Below, piece after piece: positions 51,385 to 64,000 of a DNA stretch of 64,000 nt (its first letter is position 1; each line of letters opens with the position of its first letter). Origin of the DNA: Eledone cirrhosa. Its lineage: Eukaryota. A program made the translations under genes and the position numbers. Where the stretch lies: NCBI GenBank assembly GCA_964016885.1, contig OZ024743.1:34286001-34350000 (forward strand), given 5' to 3'. The notes under the pieces were generated by a model. It worked only from the letters and a program-made list of their open reading frames with translations. It ran no database searches and was not told the DNA's origin.

Positions 51385-54300
51385 GGACCCGAATTAATAT
51401 GTCTGCAGTGCCTAGTAGTGCTATTTTTTGTTTGTATGTCCTGGAAGTTTTGTTATATACATGTCTGTGTGTGTGTTTCTTTATCATTCCGAGAGCACCT
51501 ATTTCTGCCGTGAGTCTGTGCCATCTTTTTTATGTTGGTATTTCGTATTGTTGGAATAACTTCCAGAGTATATAAATCCCAATTCTATCATGTCTGTTGA
51601 TATTTTTTTTTTTTGCTAAGACTGGGCAGCCAGAGATGACATGGCTAATTATTTCTTCCCCACCTTCAGTTCTGCAGTTACTGTGGTCTGCTTCATTGTG
51701 TACTACTGGTGGTTTCTGGTGGTGGAGGAGCTTAGATCTTGGGCTGTGAGTAAAAATCCTTTAGTCTCCACTTTTAGTCATGAGTTTCAGAGCCAGTTTT
51801 ATGTATTTTGCTTGTCTACTTCCATTCTATTCAGACTTTTCGGGTATTAGCCATGTAAGGGTTTTTCTTGTCATCATTTAAGCATGGATTCTGGAGGTCT
51901 GTTTTCAATTTAGATTTTGTTTTTCACAATTTCTGCCGTTTCTTCTTTGATATCTTTTCCCTCACAATTATCTGTCAATCCAGTTTCTGTTTTGAATTTG
52001 TTGGCTTCCTTGAAGAAAGTAAACAACAGTTTGTTTTGTTCATGTTCCGTGGATATTTCTATTAAATTTCATTTGTTCTTCATTAGATAATTTTGTAGTC
52101 CTACGTTGGTTATTTAATAATAGTTTTCTAGTTTCAAAAGGCCTCCTCCTTCTTGTATACCTGGTAGACACAATCTTTATTCATCTGATTTTGGATGAGT
52201 ATCCGCGCTAGTTCTTTTAGTGTCTAATTCAGAATATTAGCTTATAACTAGGATCGCTAAAATATTGATACTAGTTACCTTATTGTTTTCGTTTAGTATA
52301 TAGTTTACCTTTTCAATCTTTTCTATAGTCTTTGTGTGTTAGACCGTGCCTAGTTCATTGATTCCTAATTATTTGTACGACTGTGTTTGATCTAATTCTT
52401 TTATCTCGGTTTCTTTATCTAGCATAGTATTGGTATTTATTACTAGGTTTCTTCTCTTCAGACTTGCCTTGGCGCATTTTTCTTTCGTCCAAATTTCTTG
52501 CCTATTTGTAAATTCATGTAGTATCTGGAGCCGTGTTTTGAATTGTCTCTCATATGCTGCATGCAGCTTTAGATAAACTATATACAGGAGATGGTTAATT
52601 TTCTTGTTGTAGCATTTACACCCCGCAGTCCAGATCTGTATTTTAGATATTGGTGTCAGTACTCGGCAGAAAAACAGTGGTGTCCCTTGAAATATTCCTC
52701 TGTTGATTGAGATGGGCTCAGTTTTTATATTTCCATGATTCGTTTGTACAAGGGTTGACAAAAAAGTTCATACACTGACTATAAAGGAGTGATGCTAGTG
52801 CTGTGAAATATTGCATGCATTAATTTCAACTCTTCTCATTAATAACTGCATTGTTTCTTTCCAGGGACTATGTTGAAAAGTAAACCTCATTTGGTCATTC
52901 CTTGTATCTGAAGAACTGTTTGTCACTTACTCATGGCATGTTTGATATATATTTTCATTGTTGGCGCTACTTTATTCATGGCTATTATGATCAGTATCCA
53001 TGGGGAACACTGTCAAATGCCTTTGGTAGTCATTCCATGCAATGCTGAGGTTTCATTTGGCAATATCGGGAGAGTCTAAGAAATTGCTTTGCTGCAAATA
53101 GTTTGGGCCCTTTATGGTCTGAGTTCATATCCCGCCGAGGTTAACTTTGCCTTTCATCCTTACGGTGTCGATAAAATAAAGTACCAGTAATACACTGTGA
53201 TAATTGCTGGCCTTGTGCCAAAAGTAGAAACAATTATTATTATTATTTTGCTTTTTCTGCAGTTTTTAGTATTGTCTTCATTGATTTAACAACTGATCTT
53301 TACAGCACTATGAGTTTTTGCATTATCTTTTCTGTTCTTCTGGAAGCAGGTTTTTTGTTCCCCACAGTTGTTCGAGTGCTGTGTTCATTGTTCTTGCTAG
53401 TTCTGTCCACAGTAATTACCCTTCTCTTGTCGATAATATGCTCCACATCTCTTGCACTTATTTTACTTTCAGGGCTACATTTACCTCTATTTTACTTCTA
53501 TTAATTTCCTGGTAGAGTCGTTTTGGGTTGGAGTGAAATAGATAGTTTTGTTCAAAAAAATGTTTCGCACTTTTAATACCTCCAGATCCTTTGCAAGTAT
53601 TTGTTGTTTTAGGCATTCCTTAGTCTCCAGGATTTCCCTTTCTACTATATTATATTTATTTAGTATTTTTATTTTATTTTCTATTCCTAGTTTTATTGTT
53701 TTCTTTCCTATTTCATTTAGGATTGAGGGGTCTTTTCTTTTATTTTCTATATTTCCTTGTATCTGGGATTTCCATGTTTGCGGGGCTTTTGTTATTCTTG
53801 TTTCTATAAGGGCTCCCCACTTTCTTTCGTAACAACAGTGGCCGCTGTATTTATTGTTATTTAGCTTTATAATACTAATGTTTCTATTCGGATTTATTAA
53901 ATCTATGATGACTAGGTTAACGTATTTTATCATTGCTGCTGTTTTATAATTAATATATCTTCGGGGGTGTATTCTTTGGTCCAAAGGGAGATCTATTGTT
54001 TGGAGTTCTTGGATTATTTCCAGCTTATCTTATTGCGGTCCTAAATTTCGTCTTTAGAGTTTCATTCCCCTCCCCACCCCCATAAATCTCCTCTTATTTC
54101 TTTTCATTTGTATATTTTTGTATTTTTGTTTGTGTTGTACTGAACCAGTTTTTGTTGTTTTAGTACTCAGTATGTCTTTTAAAATTGAAGTTTGTTGTGT
54201 TTTGCTATTTGCTTTATCTGTTTTGGATATGTTGATCTTATCTCCATGTTTAAAATTCTCAGTATATTTATGTTAGTTATTTTGTGTTCGTTATTTGTGT

Positions 54301-54540
54301 TTCCGTTGTGTATTTGTTCTTTCAAGTGTTCTATTTCCATGTCTGATATTTGTTTTTAATATGTATCTCCTCAAATTCGCTAGTTTGTTGGCGTCGAGTT
54401 TTAAATCAGACTGTGGGTTGTTGATGTTTCTTTTGCCAGCTTATGTGTGCTGTTGTCGTAAAATATGCGTGTAAAATCGAAGAATATTCCTCTCGTGTCC
54501 ATTTGTATCTTTTTGATTTTATTTGTGGCACTTGAGGGGT
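51385..54540 (-). mobile_element. Heavily decayed R4/Dong-type (RLE) LINE, near full length
   Basis: In order on minus: RYKWTREEY (about 54480-54512), RGIFQG..PL, INHLLY, EKCAK, HVISGCPVLAKK..RHDRIG, terminal QKIALLGTADIL; many stops and frameshifts. Confidence 0.8.
53087..53245 (+). mobile_element. 5'-truncated SINE inserted in the R4/Dong LINE
   Basis: B box, core and tail with (ATT)n. Confidence 0.8.
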
Positions 54541-55156
54541 AAATCCTGTTCTCTATTTAGAATAATCAATTTTTGTTGGGTACCGGCCCTTATCTTTCTA
54601 AAACTGTACGCTGTTGCACTCATCAGTCTTCGTACATTTTTTTTAATAAGCTCAAAGAATGAAAATCCATACATCTATGTGATTCATATGTACACATCTT
54701 TCGCTACTTTTATAATAGGAACACTTTCAATACAATCAATAAAGTTTATGTTACATACATCAGTATTCATTTTTTGTTTGTTTGTTTGTTTGTTTTTCTT
54801 GTTTCATTTTTGTTTTGGTTTATTGTTGTTTTAATCGTTATTATTTAGGGCTCGTAAGCTCTCCACGTCTAGTTGTGGTTGCTTTTCAACTAGTTGCAGG
54901 TTTCGTCCGTGGTTTCGGTGTTAACAAATAAATTTATATCTTAGGGACAATCCATACGAAAAATATATTTTTGGTAGGGTTCAAAGGCTCTTGTCTAACA
55001 TATTTCTCTTCATTTCTTGGGTATATTTACTATTGCTTCGTTAACGATGTCCGATTTAATTCAAATCTTGCTGAGAGTTTCGTTATAGGCATCCGTGATG
55101 TTATTATTATTATATAGATTTGGATTGATAAAGTGCTGAGAAATTACTATGATTAA

Positions 55157-55379
55157 CCCTTTAGCATTTAAACTGACCGTATCCGGCTAGAATTCCCTCA
55201 CCTCTTTCTGTGTTCAAACCGGCCGTAACTAGGCACTTTTACTGATGTTAAGGTATTGTTCTCAAAATAAATAACATCAAAATCTCGTAGATTCAATATT
55301 ATGTGAGATAATTATGTGAGATAAAACCTTTACCATGAAAATATAATAGTAAATATAGAGTAATGTAAATGCTAAAGAG
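55157..55379. mobile_element. piggyBac-type MITE, copy 2
   Basis: TTAA-CCCTTTAGCATTTA...TAAATGCTAAAGAG-TTAA; nearly identical to 18975-19197. Confidence 0.8.
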
Positions 55380-55423
55380 TTAATACAATTAGATTGGTTG
55401 TTACAGCTATAACTTTGTTATTA

Positions 55424-56080
55424 TATCGGTAGAGGGTCGGGCGCCATGCTTTGCAGCAAAGTGTTACGGCCCTTTATGGTCTGAGTTCAAATCCCGCCGA
55501 GGTTAACTTTGCCTTTCATCCTTACGGAGTCGATAAAATAAGGTACCAGTAATGTACTGGGTAATTGCTGGCCTTGTGCCAAAAGTAGAAACAATTATTA
55601 TTATATAGATTCGGCCCTTGTGGCCAATAAATTAAATCATGATTATATAGATAGGGTGGTGGATTGGCAGTATCGGTAGAGAGTCGGACGCCATGCTTTG
55701 CAGCAAGGAGTTACGGCCCTTTATGATCTGAGTTCAAATCCCGCCGAGGTTAACTTTGCCTTTCATCCTTATGGGGTCGATAAAATAAAGTACCAGTAAT
55801 AGCGTGGGATAATTTCTGGCCTTGTGCCAAAGGTAGAAACAATTATTATATAGATCGGTTAAGGCGGTGAATTGGCAGTATTGCTAGAGCGTCAGATACC
55901 ATGCTTTTCAACGTAGAGTTACGACCTTTTACGATCTGATTTCAAATCCCGCCGAGGTTAGCTTTGCCGTACATCCTTACGAGATCGATAAAATAATGTA
56001 CCAGTAACGCACTAGGGTTGATTTAATCGACTTTCTCCTCCCCTAAAATTGCTAGCCTTGTGCCTATAGTAGAAATCATT
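55424..56080 (+). mobile_element. Three head-to-tail SINE copies
   Basis: Copies at about 55424-55600, 55655-55850 and 55862-56080, each followed by TATAGAT or TATAGAG. Confidence 0.85.
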
Positions 56081-56975
56081 TTTTATAGAGATCGGTGGAT
56101 TGACATTTCATGTTGTTCCTTCTACCTGGAATTGCGACCGATGGATAGTATTAGCAATTGGAAAGACCAACGGAAACATTGTTTCCTCGGTCCGATTTGA
56201 CCAAAGTCGATCGATTAATATAAAATTGACCATTGAAGGGCCACTCAGACTTTATGTCTTCTGTTATTCTCTGTCTGTTCTAGAGTTTTACACGCGTTCA
56301 CTATGTGGGGGACACTTTCTGTATTAACTCCAAACAGCACTTCACAGTTTCATCAAGATGATACACCCCTTTAGTAATCAACTTAGTACACAAAGTTTAG
56401 TCTTAGGCTTAGATAAGAAATGTTTCAGTTTCCCTTTTTAAATCTCTGCGGGAGGGGGGAATCCAAAGGTCTTTCGGTCGTTAATTAATTTGTCATTCAA
56501 ATTGGCCATGCAATGTCTTTCCAACTATCGCTTCTCTTTTTTTTCCAGCCTAGATTCATCTCCCAACCTCTCCTTTATTCTCCATCTTCTGCCTTCTTAG
56601 GACCAATACTGCTGAGGCATACTGTACAAGTCTTTTGTTACTATTTATAAGATGTTTATTAATGGCTCGACTCTCATTCACGATACATTCCTCTCTATAT
56701 ATTTCATGTACAGCCGATTTACATTTAATTTTGGATATAACACCTCATGCATAAATATCATTCTTCTTATTTATCTCATCAAACTTAGCCTTAGTACATT
56801 GCGAATCCCAGCACGGTACTGTATCACAAACACAGCAAATTTCCAGCAAGCAGTTTTGACTTAAGGGGAAGTTTTAGCCTGTGAAAATATATATTCTTTA
56901 CATTGTCTCTCATTGGTCCATACAGTGTCTCTCAAATCTCTTGGATTTGCACCCGTCATCTCTTGGTGCATTTAG

Positions 56976-57180
56976 TTATTCCTTAGACAGTAATTCGATA
57001 CTAGTTACATGAGACGTTTTCATCCTTTTCACCTTGGCAGTTGCATATTTTGCGAGGCCCAATTCTATGCCTATGTCTCGGCTGCACCTTTGGACTGACT
57101 GTATTAGGGAGTCTAGTTGTGTTTTAAACCTTGCAATCGATGTCAAATCGTCTATAAACAATATTATTTTATTTCTTCGA
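56976..57180 (-). pseudogene. Second decayed R4/Dong-like RT fragment
   Basis: ILFIDDLTSIARFKTQLDSLIQSVQRCSRDIGIELGLAKYA. Confidence 0.7.
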
Positions 57181-58030
57181 AAGTTTTCTACCAATTTCTG
57201 CTGCATTATCTGGTGCACCCCGAACTCTTGAAGTGTGTGCAGCATTATGTGTTCTTATTTTTGTCAGGGTATTGCACGTATAAACTTATGCTTATGTTCT
57301 GCATTAGTCTCCTTTCTTATGAGGTTTAGCTTATTGTTTCTTGTGTTATTTTATTCTTTGGTCTGTTGTGTGTAACCTCAGTTGTTACTTTGTTGTGTAC
57401 TGATTCTGTAGAGTATATGTTGTTTGAGTAACGTTGTTTTATTTTATTAGGTGCTTATTGTATAGGATGTGTATTGTATGTGAAGTCTGTTCTATTTTTA
57501 TACAGTTTGTTGTGTTGTGAACTCTGGTATAGTTTCTTTAATATCATTATTATCATTTCAATATTCTATCTCAATTTATCGTTGTCGTCATCGTTGTCAT
57601 CAACTTTTCTATCATCGTCGCTCCTGCTGGGAATGCCATCATTAATTCAATCTGATGTATTATTAATGCCTACCAACACTACTTTGATACACGCCCTACT
57701 TCCTCACCTTATCCTTAATGTCTACAACCCATTTTTTGACTTCAGGACCCAATTCATGAAAATCCCTTTCTGTTTCACACGTGCACACACAACACACCCC
57801 TACACCAACATATATTCACCTTCCTTCTCCTTTTCGCTCTCTCCCTCCCTCTCCTTACACCATTCCTCTTACTTTATATAGCATTACAGCCCCACCCCAT
57901 CCATTTTAGCCGTTGCGTACGTCTACGTGTTAACAACCTCATCGGTATGCTACATTTATACTCCTATTTCATATACTTCATCCACCAATACCAACAGATG
58001 AGCATCCTTCGCAAAGAACAAGACAACAGC

Positions 58031-58063
<33 letters not shown>

Positions 58064-58557
58064 AGCAGCAGCAGTAGTAGTAGTAGTAGTAGTAGTATCT
58101 CCGTCACGAATACATGCACACACACACTAACGTATGATAGGGTGAAGTTTGTTTGTTGACTACCTCCCACCATCTAACTCATCTTTCTAGGAAACACACA
58201 ATCATTCACAAGAACACACAGACGCATGCACACATATACATACATAAATGTATACAGATACACACAAGTACACACTCTCACACCTACTCCTTTTAATCTA
58301 ATATTTTATAATCGTGTGTAAGGAAATATATTTCAGCCCACCCTGTAGACGCCACCACATCGTTGTTTTCAACCACCTAACTATCCTGGAACCTTTTCTG
58401 TTTACATATTTTACACTCAATCTTAGCCATGCTTCAATCACGTGACCTGACACCATTAGTGAGGTTATCGACTCTGTCAGACTCACTTAGTGTCGGGTCC
58501 AAAAATGTACGCCACCAACATTAAGGGAGCAATGTTCCTACGTCTATACTTAAAAAA

Positions 58558-58969
58558 AAAAAGTGAAGAAACTTTTCAGATATTCCGAACAGATTAAACC
58601 ACATTCAGACAACAAGAACAATATTCATCTCCGAAAATAGATGGAACATTCCAGGGTTCAAGGAAGAGTAGGTTTTGCTAGATAATATACACAGCAGTTT
58701 ATGTAGGCACTTGGTAGTTTTGGTAAAAGGGATTAAAGTAAGCGTTATAAATAACGCTTACTTTCTTTAATCCCTAAGCTTTTACCAAAACTACTAAGTG
58801 CCTACAAAAACGGCTGTATATATTATCTAGCAAAACCTACATAACTCAAACACCCGAGCTCTTCCTTGAACTCTGGAATGTTCCATCTATTTTCGGAGTT
58901 GAATATTGTTCTTGTTTTCTGAATGTGGTTTAATCTGTTCGGAATATCTGAAAAGTTTCTTCACTTTTT
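58558..58969. repeat. ~410 bp spacer-less foldback palindrome
   Basis: Centre AAGCGTTAT-AA-ATAACGCTT (58749-58750); arms pair to the ends with a few mismatches and indels. Confidence 0.93.
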
Positions 58970-58989
58970 GGTATAAGATAGTATAAGAT

Positions 58990-59810
58990 AGAGGTGTTCA
59001 GGTATTGGTTGAAGTGTTCACTAGTTGATGGAAGTGTTCAGGTATTGGTTGAAGTGTTCACTCGTTGATGGAAGTGTTCAGGGATTGGTTGAAGTGTTCA
59101 CTCGTTGATGGAAGTGTTCAGGGATTGGTTAAAGTGTTCACTCGTTGATGGAAGTGTTCAGGTATTAGTTGAAGTGTTCACTAGTTGATGGAATTGTTCA
59201 GGGATTGGTTAAAGTGTTCACTCGTTGATGGAATTGTTCAGGGATTAGTTGAAGTGTTCACTAGTTGATGGAAGTGTTCAGGGATTGGTTAAAGTGTTCA
59301 CTCGTTGATGGAAGTGTTCAGGTATTAGTTGAAGTGTTCACTAGTTGATGGAAGTGTTCAGGGATTGGTTAAAGTGTTCACTCGTTGATGGAAGTGTTCA
59401 GGGATTGGTTGAAATGTTCACTCGTTGATGGAAGTGTTCAGGTATTAGTTGAAGTGTTCACTCGTTGATGGAAGTGTTCAGGTATTGGTTGAAGCGTTCA
59501 CTCGTTGATGGAAGTGTTCAGGTATTAGTTGAAGTGTTCACTAGTTGATGGAATTGTTCAGGGATTGGTTAAAGTGTTCACTTGTTGATGGAAGTGTTCA
59601 GGGATTGGTTAAAGTGTTCACTCGTTGATGGAAGTGTTCAGGTATTGGTGAAAGTGTTCACTAACTGATGGAAATGTTCAGGTATTGGTTCACGTGTTCA
59701 CTAGTTGATGTGAGTGTTCAGAGATTGGTTCACGTGTTCACTGGTTGTTGGGAATGTTCATGGGTTGGTAGAAGTGTTCACTCGTTGATGGAACTGTTCA
59801 GGTGTTGGTT
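58990..59810. repeat. 40-bp minisatellite (2x20-bp subunits, about 20 units)
   Basis: GAAGTGTTCAGGTATTGGTT + GAAGTGTTCACTCGTTGATG; degenerates toward the 3' end. Confidence 0.95.
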
Positions 59811-60103
59811 TAGAAAGAGCGTTTCAGAAAAATACTCCAGCCATTGCTATCCAGTCATTTTGCATATTTAGAAATTCTTCATTTCCCATCCCCATTTATT
59901 ATTACTATTATATATATATAATATATATATACCCTTTTGTGTGTGTGTGTGTGCATGTCTGTGTGTTTCTGATTGTTTGCCTTCTAAAGTACAATCGCAT
60001 TGCTTAAATATGGTTTCAGGGAGAGAGAAAAAGCATTTTATGGGAATGAACCGAGAATCTCTTGGAACAACAGCAATTTCCCCCCTACTGCCTTGTTTTG
60101 CCA

Positions 60104-60210
<107 letters not shown>

Positions 60211-60566
60211 TCTCTTTCCCTATCTCCCCTCTCTCTATTCTTCTCTGTCTATCTTTATCTCATTCTCGATTTTCTCATAACTCCTTCTCTCCCCGCTTTA
60301 TTTATTAGGGAATATAAACGAACTCACCTAGAAACACACCGGTTTATATTAGGAACATATACCATATATATATATATATATATATACGTACACACCCATG
60401 TACGTTTGTATGTATGTGTGCATATATTTCGTGAAAAATATGTTAATCATTAATGCATAAATACAAACATGTACATCCATACATCTGTACACCAATACAG
60501 AAACACAGCTCTTATCGAAGTACATGTACACACACCCATACACACACACTCACATACAAACACATT

Positions 60567-60598
<32 letters not shown>

Positions 60599-60901
60599 CA
60601 TATATATATATTCCTGGGAGGCAAGGTTGTATATGCGCTTTATTGAATTATACAAATCATATAAGATCTTATGTGAGAGTGTTTGTGTGTGCAGGTGCGG
60701 TTTATGCTATGTTTGTGTGTGTGTGAGTGTGTGTGTGGCGTATGTGTGGCGTGTGTATGTGTGTGTGTGTGGCGTATGTGGGACTAAGCAGATTCATGAA
60801 TGCAGTCAAGTTGGAGCACAAATAATAGACTGACGCCAAATAACCAGAGAAACGTCCAGGAATGTATGCAAACATACAGAGATACAAAGAGCAAACGGCG
60901 A

Positions 60902-60961
<60 letters not shown>

Positions 60962-61380
60962 TCACTCTATCACTCTCTCACCCTCTCATTCACATTCAAA
61001 ATACCGACAACAAAAACAAAATCACAACATCTATAACCCATCACTGCTTCTATATATGTACCAATAGTTTCTTTGTGAATTGCCAGCATTGAGGCACTCG
61101 TTCACTAAACAAGGTATGACACATCTGTTAACGTAGCCCTAGATGTACTGTATTTAGAGGAAAAAATGCATGATGCTTATGTATGGAACGCCTTTGATAA
61201 TGAATCTGCTTGTACGGGTAGGACCTGTGACTAAATAACAGAACAGTTGAATAAATATATAAACATATATACAAGCATAAATGTTCCCTCTTTACAATAA
61301 ATATATGTTTACGGCCATATTTAAGAGTATGTCCTATAATATATTAGATCGCTGAGACAGTTCTGGTTATAACTCCATCG

Positions 61381-61590
61381 GATTGGCAGTATCGCTGGAG
61401 CGTCGGTTAACATGTTTATGGCATAGAGTTACGGCCTTTTATGATCTGAGTTCAAATCCTGCCGAATTTAGCTTTGTCTTTCATCGTTACGGGATCGATA
61501 AATAAAGTACCAGTTATGCAATAGGGGTCAATTTAATCGACTTTCCCCATCGCCAAAATTTCTGGTCTTGTGCCTAAATCAAAAACCAAT
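61381..61590 (+). mobile_element. tRNA-derived SINE (older, long variant)
   Basis: A/B box, core and tail motifs. Confidence 0.8.
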
Positions 61591-61714
61591 ATTGTGTATA
61601 AGCGTTGAGCCGATACGGTCAAATCAAACCCACGTCGAACAATGCCAACCTAACATTGGAAATTAACGAAGTATTTGTTAAATTCTTCGTTGTTGAATTC
61701 CTATTTATTTCACT

Positions 61715-61840
61715 CACAAGGTTTGGATAAACCTGGAAGCTATGACAAAAGACACTTGCTTAAGATATCACGCAGTGTGATTGAACGCAGGACCTCATGA
61801 TTTCGAAACAAACTTCTGACACATTCAGCCCAGCTGTACC
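61715..61840 (-). mobile_element. Diverged CORE-type SINE remnant
   Basis: AGACACTTGCTTAAG...GATTGAAC, the reverse of CORE and B box. Confidence 0.55.
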
Positions 61841-62201
61841 CACGGGCGAGAGAATGTCATACTAAAACAGAAACAAAGAGCCCCGGACAATGTATATACA
61901 AAAGATAGAGGGACATAAAACGGGCAAGAAAAGTGTCAGAGGGACGAACAAGAGAAGAGAAATAGAGGGAAAGAGTCAACGAGATGATAGAACGGAGAGA
62001 GAGAGGGGTGGGTAAGGACTGAGAGGGGGAGCAAAACTATTCCCATAAAGCCATTCTAACTCCATTAAAACTCCAAATTCTTTGCAGCAAACATCCTCAG
62101 TAGCAACAGTATCGAGTACTCTGGTGCGTTAAGGTCCACCTGGTATCTTACCACTCCTTCTTTGTTATATATATATATATATATATAAAGAGAGAGAGAG
62201 G

Positions 62202-62243
<42 letters not shown>

Positions 62244-62398
62244 CAAAAGAGAGATACAAAAATCTTATTATATTCACACTTTACCCTTTCTTGAGGAGTA
62301 CAAAAAATAGAGACAGGGTCACAAAGGATAGATATAGAAAATAAAAGGTATTCCATAAAAAAACGAATATATATATATATATTCATTATATATATTCG

Positions 62399-62476
<78 letters not shown>

Positions 62477-62772
62477 ATTTATTTGTTTAAATGTATATAT
62501 CACTCGACATAACAGGGCAAGAGTATGCATTCTTCGTGTGTTCCTGTGATTCACTTCAAAGGAATGGATCCGAAAGACTTACCCTAGAAGGAACAAATTA
62601 TCCAAACCCATCAACGCTTTTTATATTGGCTTTTGTTTCTTCGTGTTTTATTATAGTTAGTTTTGTTTATTTATTTGACTGTTTGTCTTTTGTTTTGTTT
62701 ATCTATCATTTAGCTTGATAAGAATTAACTGAGAAAGAATAAACACGAGAAAATAGAGAAGGTGAAAGGGAA

Positions 62773-62810
<38 letters not shown>

Positions 62811-62863
62811 GGGGTGAGAATGAGTTGAGTGTTGACTTGTGCGAGGATGGAGGTTGCTGTACA

Positions 62864-62915
<52 letters not shown>

Positions 62916-63310
62916 TGGTGTGTGTGTGTATGTATGTACGAATATGTACACACCGTATATATGCGTATATAAGTCGAGAAATATGTGAAAAGAAAATTTG
63001 ATGGTAAAATGATATATTTGAGGTCAATATTTTGTCGATTTTCCCCAATCAAGGTAGTAAAATATCTGGATTAGTTTACAATAAAACACTGTATTTCTAC
63101 ATTTCATGTAACATCATTAGTATTATTTAATCATTCCTTTGAAAATATCTCCAACACATTTTTATAATTGAAATTTTTAATATCCTATACTCATTCACAC
63201 ACACACAGAAAGACACGCACATACATACATGCACACTTGCACATACACCACAACGTACAACAACGCACACACACTTGCACACCCACGCCAACTGTTTTAC
63301 TCTGACTTAA

Positions 63311-63525
63311 TAGTTTCTGATTTAGGCACAAGGTCAACAATATGGAGGGAGGGGAAAGTTGATTAAATCGACCCCCGCACGTTACTGGCGCTTTATCTTT
63401 TGATCCCTTAAGGATGAAAGACAAACCTAACCATGGTGGGATTTGAACTCAGAATGAAAAGGGTCGTAACTATAAGCCGTAAAGCATGCTGTTCAATGCT
63501 CTGTCGATATTGCCAATCTACTGCC
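63311..63525 (-). mobile_element. tRNA-derived SINE (long variant)
   Basis: Reverse complement of the family motifs. Confidence 0.8.
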
Positions 63526-64000
63526 TTTCTCTGACTTAATATATTTTGTTTCAATCTTACTTCTGACTTTTAATCTCTCCAGACGCTAAACTCCGCCAGT
63601 TGCAGCCTGAGTATCAAATGAGATATTTTCTCCACAAAGTTCGCTCACTAACAGCAGAGTTTATAAACTTTCAATGTTACTTCTGTTTTATTCCTTTCGC
63701 TCTCTCTCCTTTCTCCCGGTCTTGCCCTCCCTTTTTCTCACTCTGCCTCTCCTCTTTCTCGCTAGCTGTTTCTCCCTCTCTCTTATACGCTATGAATTTC
63801 TATATAAAGTTCTCTTATTCGACTTCTTGCTTTCAAATACTCCTAGCATATGTGTGGCAGGAAGTGAACAAAATTTCGAGAAACTTGTTGAAACTATGTG
63901 ACGGATGAAATAGTAAAAAATATATGATTCCCCAAAATAAAAACGAAAAGAAAAGTAAATATTTCTGGAACATATAATCGGTTCTCCGTGGTATTTTGAG

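Noticed and set aside
63570-63670. Possible host exon after a pyrimidine tract and CAG
   Set aside because: No convincing donor site or recognisable peptide; cannot be supported without RNA data.

Overview
Eukaryotic, AT-rich, repeat-dominated DNA with no host gene, tRNA, rRNA or CRISPR that I can support. The mix of SINEs, microsatellites and LINEs looks molluscan, probably octopus (inference). Main contents: a full-length but lesioned L1/Tx1 LINE (11073-16670, minus) inserted in a GACA-rich minisatellite; a 5'-truncated Penelope-like element (RT + GIY-YIG, about 27041-29941) with a tail-to-tail inverted 3' end; a decayed R4/Dong-type LINE (about 51385-54540); hAT and piggyBac MITEs; a Helitron remnant; about 20 tRNA-derived SINE copies; many microsatellites. 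The most striking structure is an 11.3 kb array of about 389 29-bp units that are the Pol III A-box segment of one SINE. The array lies inside that SINE, the whole element is bounded by a 14-bp TSD, and the array shows ~1.9-2.0 kb higher-order periods. Also notable are an intact-looking minimal hammerhead ribozyme, four long inverted repeats (one with convergent tRNA-like heads) and a duplicated SINE-MITE chimera. All coordinates and counts were read by eye.
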